The position numbers were made by a program, and so were the translations under genes. Shown piece after piece: positions 41,883-55,695 of a DNA stretch of 64,000 nucleotides; position 1 is the first letter of the stretch, and every line of letters begins with the position of its first letter. The notes beneath the pieces were generated by a model that saw nothing but the letters and a program-made list of their open reading frames with translations, had not been told where the DNA came from and did no database searches. Source of the stretch: Octopus vulgaris (Eukaryota); contig OX597831.1 of assembly GCA_951406725.2 (NCBI GenBank), positions 50,778,001 to 50,842,000 on the forward strand. The letters run 5' to 3'.

Positions 41883-42204
41883 CGTTTTTATGTTTGTGCT
41901 TGGGTTATTACCTTACTTACGACGTGAAGTAAGATGTATTTAGTAACATAGTCGGCTTATGTCCGAGATTAAAATTTCAGACGGTAGCTTAAATGAAAAA
42001 TACAAATAGTGATTTCTTTATGCGTGTTTTTATTGTCTGATGTAAAGAAATTTATGTCTTTCTAGAGACTGTTTCGTACACAGTACATAACTGCCGTCAG
42101 TGATATCATCGTGATTAATGAAAAATAAATGTAACTTTTATTTTTACAGCTGCCCAGAGATGTTCTTAATTAGTGTGTGTAGATATATATATATATATAT
42201 ATAT

Positions 42205-42476
42205 ATAGCTTTGTAAGTTTATTTGGTAAGCGGAAACTGAAGGAAGCTTATCTTATATGTATGTGTGTGTGTGTGTGTTTGTGTCTGTCCTCCCATCATT
42301 GCTTGACAACCGATGTTGGTGAGTTTATGTCCCCGTGACTTAGCGATTCGGCAAAAGACTCCGATGAATAAGTACTAGGCTTATAGAGAATAAGTCCTAT
42401 GGTGGATGTGTTCGACTAAAGGTGGTGCTCCAGCATGGCTGCAGTCAAATGCCCGAAAGACGTAAAATGAAAGAAT
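42205..42476 (+). mobile_element. SINE family A 3' part
   Basis: gcttgacaaccgatgttggtg...ggtggtgctccagcatggctgcagtcaaatg. Confidence 0.75.
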
Positions 42477-42508
42477 ATACATATGTGTGTGGGGTGTACA
42501 TATCTGCG

Positions 42509-42559
<51 letters not shown>

Positions 42560-42792
42560 ATATATATATATGTATGTATATATATATATGTATGTATATA
42601 TATATATGTATGTATATATATATATGTATATATATATACATACATATATATATATATGTGTATATATATATATATATATATACACATATATATGCACATA
42701 TATATGTATATATATATACATACACACATATATATACATATATATATATGTACATATTTATATATATATATATACATATATATAAATATATA

Positions 42793-42826
<34 letters not shown>

Positions 42827-42971
42827 CCTATATCTAAATATATATTCATATATGTCTGTACACATGTATATAAACAATCCACTCATATAATCACAGATGT
42901 ATATAGTTACATATATGTATGTATATATGTTTAGCTATATATATAAATATATATATGTGTACATATATATA

Positions 42972-43008
<37 letters not shown>

Positions 43009-43667
43009 TTCTATGTGTGTGTGTGTATGTGTGTCTATACATACAAATATATATATATTATGTATGAAACAAATAAATAAGAAAAGACAAAATCAAAATA
43101 CAAATACAAGAAAAAACAAAATCGAATATATATAAAACCTATACGTTTATATGTATATATATATATATATATATGATATACACACACACGTGTGTGTGTG
43201 CTTGTATGCGTATACATATACATATAGCAATGAATGTGTGTTGTGTAATTCTAATATGATGGTTTTCGTTGTTCTTTTTTAGTACTCAAACTAAATTGTA
43301 TTTATCTGACTGATTTTATTATTTGCTTGAATAACGTTTCTTAATAACATTCAATAAAACTCTTGCAATTCATTGAGAATTAACTGTAAAGAAAAGGACT
43401 AAGTTTCTATAGCTCGTGGTTGAAATATATTTCCTGTTGATGTTACTAAATCGGTCGGACAGATTCGCACTTCACTCTGCATCGAGAGGCCGGCGAGCGC
43501 CTCCAACTCCAATGATTTAAGTTAAAACCGTTTGTGCTTGTTATGGAAATTTCGCGAGAAAATAACACAGAAGTTGTTAGCCATTTCTTTCTGTCGGTAG
43601 TTTCTTTTTTTTAATACTTTATAAGACGCCATCTTGTCCGTACTTATACATTTGTATATTTGTGCCT

Positions 43668-43728
<61 letters not shown>

Positions 43729-44011
43729 TGTGTGTTTGTGTGTGGTGAACGTGCCTGAGTACGGGCATCGATGAGGCGTTAATGCTTTCGCTTCGAAACT
43801 ATGAGTTCTCGATTCCACTGTACAGACTTTTTAAAACCGCACTTTAAAGAGGAAAGCTGAACAAATGTGTAAACGATAAACACCACATAACAATCAATAA
43901 CTGTTTGTACTTTTGAAAATATATATATTTACACAGACAGACTGACTGACAGACAGACACACAGACAGTAGATAGATAGACAGACAGACAGGCGGGTGGA
44001 CGGACAGTTTA

Positions 44012-44090
<79 letters not shown>

Positions 44091-44290
44091 TGTTTCTTTA
44101 TTAGCCACACAGGGCTGAACACATAGAGGACAAATTACAAAGTAAAGCTTTTCTTTTTGGAGAGAAAAAAAAATTTTAAAGAAAAAATAAAAAGGGAGGG
44201 GTAGGTTTTCGTCAAAAGGGATCGTAAAAAAGAAAAAAAGAAAGAAAGAAACGATCAATCGGGAATGTGTATCACAAAAATGTCATGATG
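44091..44290 (-). mobile_element. Retroposon (LINE-like) 3' end embedded in (GATA)n
   Basis: The minus strand ends ...ttgtaatttgtcctctatgtgttcagccctgtgtggctaataaagaaaca-(tatc)n. A second copy lies at 46880-47076. (GATA)n on both sides. Confidence 0.7.
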
Positions 44291-44366
<76 letters not shown>

Positions 44367-44383
44367 CAGATAGATAGTTAGAC

Positions 44384-44461
<78 letters not shown>

Positions 44462-44679
44462 AGGGAGACATAGACATGGAGACAACAGGCGTACACAGAC
44501 ACACAACGACAATAGTAATTTCACGGAACATACTCATCGAAGCATTACAATCATCATTATCATCAGCATCTTTTTTTTTCAGACTCAATCATTAAATATA
44601 AGGTTGGCAATGTATCTACACATCTATTCGCAGGCCTGGACAAGATGCATTGAAGAAAACTAGTTATTGCCCGCGAATG

Positions 44680-44722
<43 letters not shown>

Positions 44723-44760
44723 CATTCATGCATACATACATACATACATACATACATACA

Positions 44761-44792
<32 letters not shown>

Positions 44793-44840
44793 CGCATACA
44801 TATATAAATGTCTATGTATGTATATAAGTATATATGTGCA

Positions 44841-44896
<56 letters not shown>

Positions 44897-44900
<4 letters not shown>

Positions 44901-45090
44901 AAAGAAAAGAAATATAAAAGTCACAGAAAGTTTGTGTAATAACATTTATTATGATATTAGGAACATATTACATCATTACAAATTAAATAGGTATCGGTTT
45001 ATGATGTAATGATGTAACATGTTTCAAAGTTCACCATAAAGTTTATTACACAAACTTTCTGTGACTTTTACAGTTGTTTTCTTTCTTATA
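44897..45090. repeat. Foldback element within (TA)n
   Basis: taaaagtcacagaaagtttgtgtaataa pairs with ttattacacaaactttctgtgactttta. Inner pair ttacatcattaca / tgtaatgatgtaa. Confidence 0.85.
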
Positions 45091-45125
45091 TACCTATCCC
45101 ACGTGTATACAGAGCTTTCCATCCT

Positions 45126-45350
<225 letters not shown>

Positions 45351-46041
45351 TGTTGTGTGTATGAATGTATGTATGGGTGTGTCGGAAGTGTATGCAGAAC
45401 CGGATTAATCATCCGGAAAGCTTGAAACAGGAAATATCCCGGATTTCTGGATCTTCCAGTTCTCCAGAGATAGTCTAATTATATACTTAAAATATAAAAT
45501 AGACCATGAAAAGTAAAGCGCTAAATTGTATTTGATAGATACAAATTAATGCGCTCTAAAACAGAGACTGTTTCAGATCTATTAATTCACTTACAAATTT
45601 TAGATATTGTACCATATATACAGCATAATGTTTATATGATGAAAACTAAATGGAGAAACATAACACGATTTTAATAAATTCAGGTATAAGCTAATACAAT
45701 TCTAAAGTAGAATATGATTAATTTTCATCTAGCTACTTAAAAAAGCAACGAAAAAGACTTTAGTATCACTTTGTTAACAGTTTCAAAATCTGGGTTTGAT
45801 TTTGAAGTTGTTTAATTTCTTTTATCTTTTAACTTTTATTCGTTTCAGTCAGAAGATTGCGGCGATACTGGGGTACAACCTTGAAGAATTTTGCTTGAGC
45901 AAATCGACCCCAGCGCTTAAATTTTTAAGAATTCTACTAATTTTATCGTACACTTCGGCCGAATCGCTAGGTTACGAAGAGATTAACACGTAAATTCCAG
46001 TTGTCAAGTGGTGGGGTGGGAGACAAACACAGATATATATT

Positions 46042-46073
<32 letters not shown>

Positions 46074-46414
46074 TATGTACATATATGTATGCATGTGTGT
46101 GGGGGGAGGGTGTTTAGAGTGTTAGGTGTGATTGAATATTGAGAAAAAAGTCGTCAGAATTTTGGAAAAAAATATTTTTATTTCTTCATTATTATTAGCG
46201 CTTTCGTTCGTTTCTCGAACTTGTCATATGGAATTTTGTGAATATAGAAACAGCTTGTTCAGTTCTATAAAACAGATGTTTCTTTGGTGGGGTTGTTTAG
46301 AAGAGAACATTGTTTTTGTTTTGTTTTGTTTTTTCCATTACAATGGAGATGGACAGATAGAAATATAGGTAGGTAGGTAGGTAGGTAGGTAGATAGATAG
46401 ATAGATATTTTTTT

Positions 46415-46565
46415 TTATTTTACTTGTTTCAGTAATTTGATTGCGGCCATGCTGGAGTAGCGCTTTTAGTCGAACAAATCGTAAGAATAGTACTTGTTCG
46501 ATCGGTCTCTTTTGAGAACGTAAAGTCACCGACATCGGTTGTCAAGCGATGGTGGGGTGACAAAC

Positions 46566-46610
<45 letters not shown>

Positions 46611-46770
46611 TGACGTACTTGCAGTTTCCGTCTAACAAATCCACTCATAAGGCCTTAGTCGGCCCGATGCTATAGTAGAAGACACTTTCCAAAGGTACCA
46701 GACATGGGACTGAAACTGGAACCATTTGGTTCGGAAGCAAGCTCCTTACCAAACAGCTACGCTTGCGCCT
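46415..46770 (-). mobile_element. SINE family A copy
   Basis: Colinear with 299-706. Confidence 0.75.
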
Positions 46771-46775
46771 ATATA

Positions 46776-46879
<104 letters not shown>

Positions 46880-47076
46880 TGTTTCTTTATTAGCCACACA
46901 GGGCTGCACACAGACAGAACAAATTACAAGGTAGAGCTTTTCTTTTGGGGGTAAAAAAAAGGGGGTTGGTTTTCGATCAAAAGGGATCGTAAAAGGAAAG
47001 AAAGAGGACAAAAAAAGGGGAGGATTTTTTAAAAAAGGGGGGAGAGGGGAAAAAAGGAATGGGGAGAGGAAAAAAA
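46880..47076 (-). mobile_element. Retroposon 3' end, second copy in (GATA)n
   Basis: tgtttctttattagccacacagggctg...aaattacaaggtagagcttttc...ggttttcgatcaaaagggatcgtaaaa, flanked by (TAGA)n. Confidence 0.7.
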
Positions 47077-47367
47077 TAGATAGATAGATATACACGCACA
47101 ATTAAAAACACCTAGGGTCTGAGTTATTGCGTCACCCTAAGATTAGCATCCAAAAGCAATAAGGCTCATTCAGTTATGTAGTCCTGGATAAACTATGTCC
47201 GAAAATGTAAGACGGATGCTTTGTTACAATGCTTTTGATCGTAATCGTACATGATCAGCGAAGACGCTGGGTTAAACAACTACTACTCAACAACTCTAAA
47301 TTGATTGGTAATCTGAATAATCTATGTGTCTGGCCTCCTTCATTAGATTACATAGTTATAAATTAAC

Positions 47368-47423
<56 letters not shown>

Positions 47424-48092
47424 CAACAATGCATAACGTCAGTCGCCAGAGGCTGAGAAATGCTACAGAGTAATTTTTATTTCAGTCTCCATTTCAATGA
47501 ATTGCATTTTCTTTTTGCTTTTGTCGCATAAAGTTCATTTTACAATTAACCTTTTGTTGCTCTTTATAGATTTCTTATAAATGTTAAAAATGAAATGCGT
47601 AATATCTTGATATTTCTGCGATTACCTCACGCTTGCTTAGACAAAATCCTCAAATAGATTGTATCTGTATGTGAAGGTGCCTAGCCGACTGGTTGGAGAT
47701 GTTGCACTGATGATCGCGAGACTTGCGATATATATATATATCTTCACTTCTTTTCTCCACTGTTAAGAGAGCAAGAAGAAGAAAATAAAGGAAGAAAAGG
47801 ATATCGATCGTATATAATTCCTAAATGTTTTAAATGAACATTGATCATCTAGTTTCATGATCCCAAGTTGCATTGTATTGACAAGCTTTAATGAGCGCGA
47901 AATAACGTTATCGGCACCTACTAGGACATCCGAAACAAGAAAAAATGAATTATATGTAAATATTCTTTTACATGTTCTCTCACTCATAATAAAATACATC
48001 GCATAATAATAACGCAAAGAAAAAACCTTGAGCAGTTCTCTCCCCTTAAGGGAAATTTCTCCCGCTCTTCTTTTTCTTAGTAAACTCCCTTT

Positions 48093-48365
48093 CTTGCAGT
48101 CATTAAAAGCAAGGGCGGTCACACCAAATATTAAATATAGCAAATAATCCTTTAGGGTGTACATATTTTTGTATCGTTGGAAAATTAATATTTCGTTCAT
48201 ACCTTTGAAAATGTTTATTGTCTCGTGTTCCAAATTTGCATAATATTTGCATGTATAATATATTTTATTCAGTACAAATTTTGTTTGATCACCTTCGATA
48301 TTATCAGAGTAATAGCAATTTTTCTGAAATATTTTAGGGTGTACATACTTCTGTGAGGCACTGTA
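48093..48365 (+). mobile_element. Tc1-like transposon right end with IR/DR-type terminal repeat
   Basis: LAVIKSKGGHTKY* C-terminus. Terminus ...gtgaggcactg followed by TA. Direct repeat tttagggtgtacata at about 48151 and 48333. Confidence 0.8.
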
Positions 48366-48417
48366 TATGAATATATGTGTGTTTGTGTATGCATGTATAT
48401 ATTTAGATAGATAGATG

Positions 48418-48517
<100 letters not shown>

Positions 48518-48544
48518 TGCATATATATATTTACATATATATGT

Positions 48545-48755
48545 ATTGTGACCGCGTGTGTACCGTTTGCGATTTTTTTCCTCTGTCTTCCCTTCTCTGG
48601 ATCTTTCCTTCTCCTATGTTTCCGACGAAGAGCTCCGCTCGAAGCGTTAAACCCTCCTTCTTTCCTTCTTTCCTGAGCATCCAATAATACTATATTTATT
48701 CCACGTCCTCGCGTTCTTGTGTTGTTTTTTTTTACTTTCATGTTTGGATTAACTT
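48545..48755 (+). mobile_element. Penelope-like pseudo-LTR fragment with degenerate hammerhead motif
   Basis: gttt-ccgacga-agagc-tcc-gctc-gaagcgtt-aaac at about 48618-48652, with the same architecture as the 7954 and 20007 motifs. Lies between microsatellites. Confidence 0.55.
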
Positions 48756-48758
48756 TAT

Positions 48759-48799
<41 letters not shown>

Positions 48800-49155
48800 C
48801 GTATGTATAAATGTATATATTACATACATATAAATATATGTGTATATATACATATTACTTGTGTGGTGACGCATCATTATTTAATAATTTAGTCATTCGA
48901 AGTACATCGTTACATTCGCTTTCGTCTACATCATTATTTCCTAATTGTAATACTATTTTTATATATTAAGTACCAAACTCACTCGTTGCACATCTGTCAC
49001 TTAGTCGCAGATACATTTATTTACCGAATCAGTTGAAGTCATATACTCTGTGCTGTGGATACCTTGAATTTTTTCTCCTTTCTCTCTCTTTTTACTTTTT
49101 TCGCATTTTCCTGATTTTCTCTATTTCTCTCATTCCTTTATTGCTTTATTTTATC

Positions 49156-49330
49156 TTATTACCTCCGCCAAGGAAGGAGGTTATGTTTTCATCGGTGTTA
49201 GTTTGTCCGTCTGTCCGTCTGTGTGCAAGATAACTCGAAAAGTTGTAAACGGTATTTGATGAAACTTGCAGGAAAAGTTGGTAATGACACAAGGAACAGA
49301 TGATGAAATTTTGAGTTGGATTCGCAGACA
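49156..49330 (+). mobile_element. DINE-1/HINE-like (Helentron-associated) element 5' part
   Basis: ttattacctccgccaaggaaggaggttatgttttc (acctcc/ggaggt inverted pair), (gtcc/gtct)n microsatellite, gcaagataactcgaaaagtt...gatgaaacttg core. Confidence 0.7.
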
Positions 49331-49543
49331 TGAATAATAAGAAGTTGCTAAATCTACGTGCAGCAAAAATTACATATTTGCATGAGCTAACTAAATTAAA
49401 AATGGTATATTCGGGTTATCAGCCAGCGCATACATCTATACGCATATCTAGCTAAGTACGGTTTTGCCCTTTCAGATATGTACTATGTAACTGAAGCACT
49501 ATAGAAACAACATTACAGTATGTAAGCGAATGTATGCAGGAAT

Positions 49544-49938
49544 ATCTTTATATATAAAACTGTAGTTGTGTGAGTGTCTGTCCCCTTCGATTTAGATTCC
49601 TAACTACTCCCACATTTTGCGGTGCAGTTTAACCAAAACCGGGTATCTTATAGTCGTGATTTATATCGAGCCCTTCTGGGTATTAGCGCGCGTCTACAAT
49701 GAGTCTACGATTTTAAAAATAATTTACCATCATTTTTTTCCATTTTCATGCATATTTTTTTAAAGGGAAGTAACTCTCTAAAAATGTTTACGATGAGTCA
49801 ACGATTTTTAAAAAAATTTACCATCATATTTTTTCCATTTTTAATGCATTTTTTTGCTATTTTTGGCTATAACTCTCTAAAAATGCTGTATAGTTATTTC
49901 CCTTACAAACCCGAGCAACGCTGGGCGATACTGCTAGT
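49544..49938 (-). mobile_element. Non-autonomous Helitron/HINE-like element (same family as 20995-21794)
   Basis: Reverse complement of actagcagtatcgccc...tatataaagat, with an internal ~70-bp duplication. Confidence 0.8.
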
Positions 49939-50606
49939 AAGGAATATAAGTATATGCGTATATATGAATATGTTCTTGCGTGAAGTATGTAGGTTTAATC
50001 GCGCAAAATGCCTTGCAGAATTCACTTGCTTACCTGTGTTTTTTCAGTTGAAGTCGTCTTTGCTTTTCGTCCACTGAGAATCGATAAGATAAGTATTATT
50101 TATTATTGCATTCGTTCTAATCGAATGTATCTAATCTGCAAGTGAGATACATCAGTAGTACACATTTCCCATGATGTCACGGTTATCGTACATCATTTCA
50201 CTGTAGCAATGTCTCAGTAAGCTGCACAAACACCAATAGGATAATAACTATTAAGATTTACGAGATTTCGTTTGAATAACACCAAAAGCTGAATGTGTTA
50301 TTCGTGAAGAATTCTACTTCTATAACAAATACTTAGTGAACACCCTCATTTGTGAAAGGAATACGGTTTATGAATCAGACACATAGAGACCAAGAAATAA
50401 TCTAGTGGTAATTTTTTTTTTTATTGTTTTGCCAGAAAGGATTGCTTCCATCTAGATTTGCTTCTATCTCGAAATCAAAGGAGATGATTACTAGTTATCC
50501 CCAAGTTAATATGGCAGTTCAGAAATATAGGACGAATGCTGTCGTTAATTAGCTCAAAGAGGCCATCGCCTCTAGCTATCTATGTAACACGCGAACCTGC
50601 ATCCAT

Positions 50607-50828
50607 TATAACCTTCGAACAGGGGAGGTCAGCCGCTTCCCCTTGATGGTCAGGCATCTGCAGACTAGTTTCAGGGTATTTGCCTTTTATCAATGCACAG
50701 CAGCCGAACCCAGCAGGCGTCACCACTGACCGTCTGTTCGAAGGATTATTTACCTAAATTCTGAAACTAGTCTGCAGATGCCTGACCAGCAAGGGGAAGC
50801 AGCTGACGTCCCCTGTTCGAAGGTTATA
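50607..50828. repeat. Foldback element with 68-bp arms and hammerhead-like motif
   Basis: Arms 50607-50674 and 50761-50828 are near-perfect reverse complements. Minus strand tgca-TTGATAA-aaggcaaataccct-GAAAC-TA-GTC-tgca. Confidence 0.85.
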
Positions 50829-50834
50829 AAGATA

Positions 50835-51290
50835 GGCGTAGGAGAGGCTGTGTGGTAAGTAGCTTGCTTCTGAGTTCAGTCCCACTGCGTGGCACCTTGA
50901 GCAAGTGTATTCTTCTATAGCCTCGGGCCGACCAATGCCTTGTGATTTGGTAGATGAAAACTGAAAGAAGCACGTTGTATATATATATATGTGTGTGTGT
51001 GTTGTGTGTGTGTGTGTGTGTGTGCGTGTGTGTGTGCGTGTGTGTGTGTATGTATATGTATGTATGTGCATGTATATGTTTGTGTGTCTGTGTTTGTCCC
51101 CCCAACATCGCTTGACAACCGATGCTGGTGTGTTTACCTCCCCGTAACTTAGGGGTTCGGCAAAAGAGACCGATAGAATAAGTACTAGGCTTACAAAGAA
51201 TAAGTCCTGGGGTCGATTTTCCCGACAAAAGGCGGTGCTCCAGCATGGCCACAGTCAAATGACTGAAACAAGTAAAAGAGTAAAAGAGTA
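50835..51290 (+). mobile_element. SINE family A, near full length
   Basis: ggcgtaggagaggctgtgtggtaag head, CORE-like tgcgtggcaccttgagcaagtg, internal (TG)n, tail gactgaaacaagtaaaagagtaaaagag. Confidence 0.85.
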
Positions 51291-52119
51291 CCCAATTAAT
51301 TGAAGTCAGTGTTGTATACTTCACTTGGATCCCGTCCCGTTGGAAATTAGTATTTTAGCACACCTATATTGAGGTGAGTTTTTACGATTACCATTTAGCA
51401 AACGTAAGATAGTACGATCTTCTCATGCATATATAAATTATCATACACGCACACACACATAAACATGCATACATATCTACAGGGTGATGAAAACATACGC
51501 ACATACAAACGCACATGTGGGCAGGTATTCAACGCACATATAAACATGGAGACATATATAATACATGAATACATACACGCGTAAATCATACAAACGTAGA
51601 TCCATACTTACATATGTACACATACATATTTATATATTACTCTTTCTTATCATTTTAATCCAAAGTTTGCTTTAAGCGATATCTTATATACGTTAACAAA
51701 TTAAGATCATTGCTAGCATTTTTTTTTTATATCTGAAACGAATCAAATAAACACGATACAAGAAAGATTCAGTCTTTCATTAAATATTTCAGTCTAAGAA
51801 AACAGCATAGCTAATCCTCTTAGTATTGTTGTTCATTTTTGTTCCCCTGTTGTCAAAACATTATTTTCGTATTCTCCTAGAATTATATACTGCTAGAAAC
51901 TGATGAACGTTGAAATCAATATTTTTAAAACATCAGCTTTTGATATATGATGGAGTTTCAACATAATATCAGAAGAACGTTTATGAAGAAAAGCATGCGA
52001 TGTTTGTAGTATTGAATTAAAGTAATTCGATTGTGAAAACATTAGTTGAAGCTCGGAAACATGATATTCAGTGTGTGCCCCGATGTAAGTATACATTTAC
52101 ATAGCTACATATGCATATG

Positions 52120-52166
<47 letters not shown>

Positions 52167-53570
52167 TGCATGTATGTTTTTATATACGAATCTATATATC
52201 TTTATATGTATGTGTATATTTATGTAATGTAATGCAATGTATAAACACGATTTTTATCGGAAATGCAAACAGTTATAAGAAATTATTGAGTGGAATAAAT
52301 TCGTTGGAAATTATTTCAATGTTAAAAGCAATTCTAAAATTAGCCGATTCTTTTACTCGGAAAGTTATATAATTAAGTATAGTATTCTGTACTGAAGTAT
52401 TCTCCAACCGGCGGCTAAGTAATGGGTTGTATTGTAAACTTTTCAGATGCTTCCATAATTTAAGTGAAACTTTAGAAAATTGCTTTACATTTTTGTTGCA
52501 GTTATATATTTACATAATCATTAATGCTGCATTTAGGCGAGTACCGAAAAACAGCATAACATGAGTACACGGCAAGCAAATAACCTGATTTACAATTCCC
52601 AGTAAAATCTTACTTATATTACTCAGTCGATGATAACATTGAAGAATATATAAACATCATTTGATCTCAACATTTTCCGCATAGTATCTTTACCTTCTGC
52701 TTTTGGCTGGGTCGTTAACGACTTCGCTTTGTTGTAGTTTTAGCTTCGAGAAATGTCTTCTGTAGCATCGGGTCGATGAAAGTCCTGGAAGTGAAATTTA
52801 TTAAAGAAAAACTGTGGAAGCCTACCGATATGATCATTCGTTCATGAATGGTAGATTAATCTGTCGCCTGGCTTAGCACCACTATCGTAGGTTGCATTAG
52901 CAGGAACAACACTGTTACAAATCTTCAGACCAGATTTTGTGTCCTAGAATAATTTCTTTTACATAACAACCTGAAAGAGGGTGAAAATTTTGAAAACTAG
53001 GTCGATTACAACTGTAAATTTTGAGTTAGGGGAACGCATTAATATATTAAATTAATCGGCCTGGAAATACCAAAAGCCTACTAATAAAATATAAGGAAAG
53101 AAGAAAATCCTCTGTCCAAGAGAAATTCGGAAATGCAAAAAATAGTTAATATGTAACTCAGAAAGAACAAAAATACATCATTAAAAAACATTTAAGTCTC
53201 AAATTACTTCAACTCAGATTTATTTTGTATATTTCTCTTTCTTCAATTATTGACCATCCTTATTAATTTTTTCAAACCAGGTACTTAATCTATCAGTCTC
53301 TTTTTCTGCTGTAAACAAACCAACACTGGTTGTCAAACATAGACACATACGCATATTGATATAGGCATATATATATATATGCATACACCCCAGGCTTCTT
53401 TCAGTTTCTGTCCACCAAATCCATTCGTAAGGATTTGGTAGGCCCGTAACTGTAATAGAAGACACTTGCTCAAGATGCCATACAGTGGGACTGATACAGA
53501 ACTTTGTGGCTGGAAAGCAAATTTTTCACTATACATCCACGTCTGCGCCTATACATTCGTGAATCGAGGG

Positions 53571-53571
<1 letters not shown>

Positions 53572-53601
<30 letters not shown>

Positions 53602-54390
53602 CATACATACATACATACATACATACATACATACATACATACATACATACGCAAACACATATACATACATACGCAAACACATACGTACATACATACATAC
53701 ATGGAACTGTAAAAATCTGTAAAACTTTTCAGAAGTTCATCATTAGAATATGTGAGTATGTCTAGATATGCAACTGTATCCATGAGAATACATTCATAAA
53801 ACAAAACATACAAATCTGTATGTATGTATACATACATACATACTTACACACATACATGCATGCATGCATACCTACCTACCTACATACATACATACATACA
53901 CATACAAACATGCACACATACACACACACATACATACATACATACATACATACATACATACATACATACATACATACATACATACGCACACACACATACA
54001 TACATACATACATACATACATACATACATACATACATACATACATACATACATGGAACTGTAAAAATCTGTAAAACTTTCCAGAAGTTTATCATTAGAAT
54101 ATATGTGAGCATGTCTAAATATGCAACTATATGCATGAGAATACATACATAAAAGCATACAAATCTGCACATCCATCCATCCATCCATCCATACATACAT
54201 ACATACATACATACATACATACATACATACATACATACATACATACATACATACATACCCTGTTGAAGATGTTGAAATTCCAATGAAGTAACTCTTTCTC
54301 TATTGGCAAGACATCTTGAAATTAACTGAATAATGACATACATACATACATACATACATACATACATACATACATACATACATACATACA
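53572..54390. repeat. (TACA)n array containing a duplicated ~118-bp spacer
   Basis: atggaactgtaaaaatctgtaaaact...catacaaatctg occurs at 53701 and 54052. Confidence 0.9.
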
Positions 54391-54799
54391 GCCCACCAAC
54401 GTATATTTGTTAAAGAAGGGACTCGGGAACAATACATAAATAATCATAACTAATCAACCTATCACTATCAAAGGTGGTTTAATATTAACCGTTGCATTAT
54501 GATTTTAAGCAACTTGTAAATCCATTTATGTAACGGCAAAACGCTTGCACCTTTTACAGGATGCATAATATAATAAAGGAATGGATAACTCAGATTAGGT
54601 GAGACAGGAGTCCATAGCGAGGATAGCTATGTAATAATGCATTATTCTGCATATTACATAACATTATATCATTACATAATCAAGTCATTTCCTCGGGCAA
54701 TATTGAACATTAAATAACTAAAATATATCTGTAAATAAATAGCTTAGTGAAAAAGAGAAGAAAACAGATTATCAGAGCTTGTTGAGAAAATTTGGATTT

Positions 54800-55695
54800 T
54801 CCTGAATGAAGAAGGTCGTTTGCCTATAAGGACAGTAAGTATAGTTTGGAGTTAGCGTAGCAACTATACACAGAATTATTTATGAAGATCTGAACATGTG
54901 CAAAATTTGTGCAAAGTTTGTTCTCAGAGTCCTCAGTGACAAACAGAAAGAAAGACCCGTTGGTGACAGAGGAAATAGCTGAGCTGATTGCCACTATTCC
55001 AAGAGTAATCGAGTCTCTCCCGACGAAAGCTGGATCTACTGTTATGATCCTGACACTAAGGGACAGTGTGCCAAATAGAAGCATCCTGGCTCCCTCAGAC
55101 ACAAGAAGATCAGACAAAGCAAGTCCACCAGGAAGTAGATGATGATTTCCTTTTTGTATAGTAATGGTATAATCTACAACCATTTGGTTCCCTCTGGCTA
55201 GACAGTCAACAAAAAGTATTTTAGGAATGTTTTGAGGGAGTTCAGGAAAATATTTCGTTGCAAAAGGCCAGACCTCTTCCTCTAGGATCGGCGGCACTTC
55301 TGCCAGGACAATGCACAAGTCAACAATTCCACCCTGGCAACCAACTACTTGTAAGAGATAGGAATCAGTACTGTCCCACATCTTCCCTGTCTACAGTCAA
55401 CTTGGTTCCTGTGACTTTTGGTTGTTCCTCAAGCTGAAGGAGAACTTTTAATAGGGTGGGGGTGGTCGTTTGAAGACAATGAGAAGATGAAGGATGAAGG
55501 AGGCTGTGATAAGGGTCCTAGACGCCTTCATTTTGGAGGACTTTTATGAGGCCTTCATAAAATGCCTGGAACACTACAATAAGTACATTGAAGTCAGAAG
55601 ATCATACTTTGAAGAAAATTAGAGTTTTGTACATCTTCGAAATTGATAAATGTTTCTCCAGATAAACATTTCAAAATTTCTGTGATGCAACTTGT
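54800..55695 (+). mobile_element. mariner element (irritans-like), decayed transposase plus right end
   Basis: DESWIYCYDPDTKGQ..KHPGSL..KKIRQSKSTRK*MMISF; QDNAQVNNS; CDFWLFLKLK. TIR-like end ...aatttctgtgatgcaacttg followed by ta. Confidence 0.75.

Noticed and set aside
47763-48233. 156-aa minus-strand ORF
   Set aside because: It overlaps the antisense of the Tc1 end and AT-rich filler, with no domain evident.
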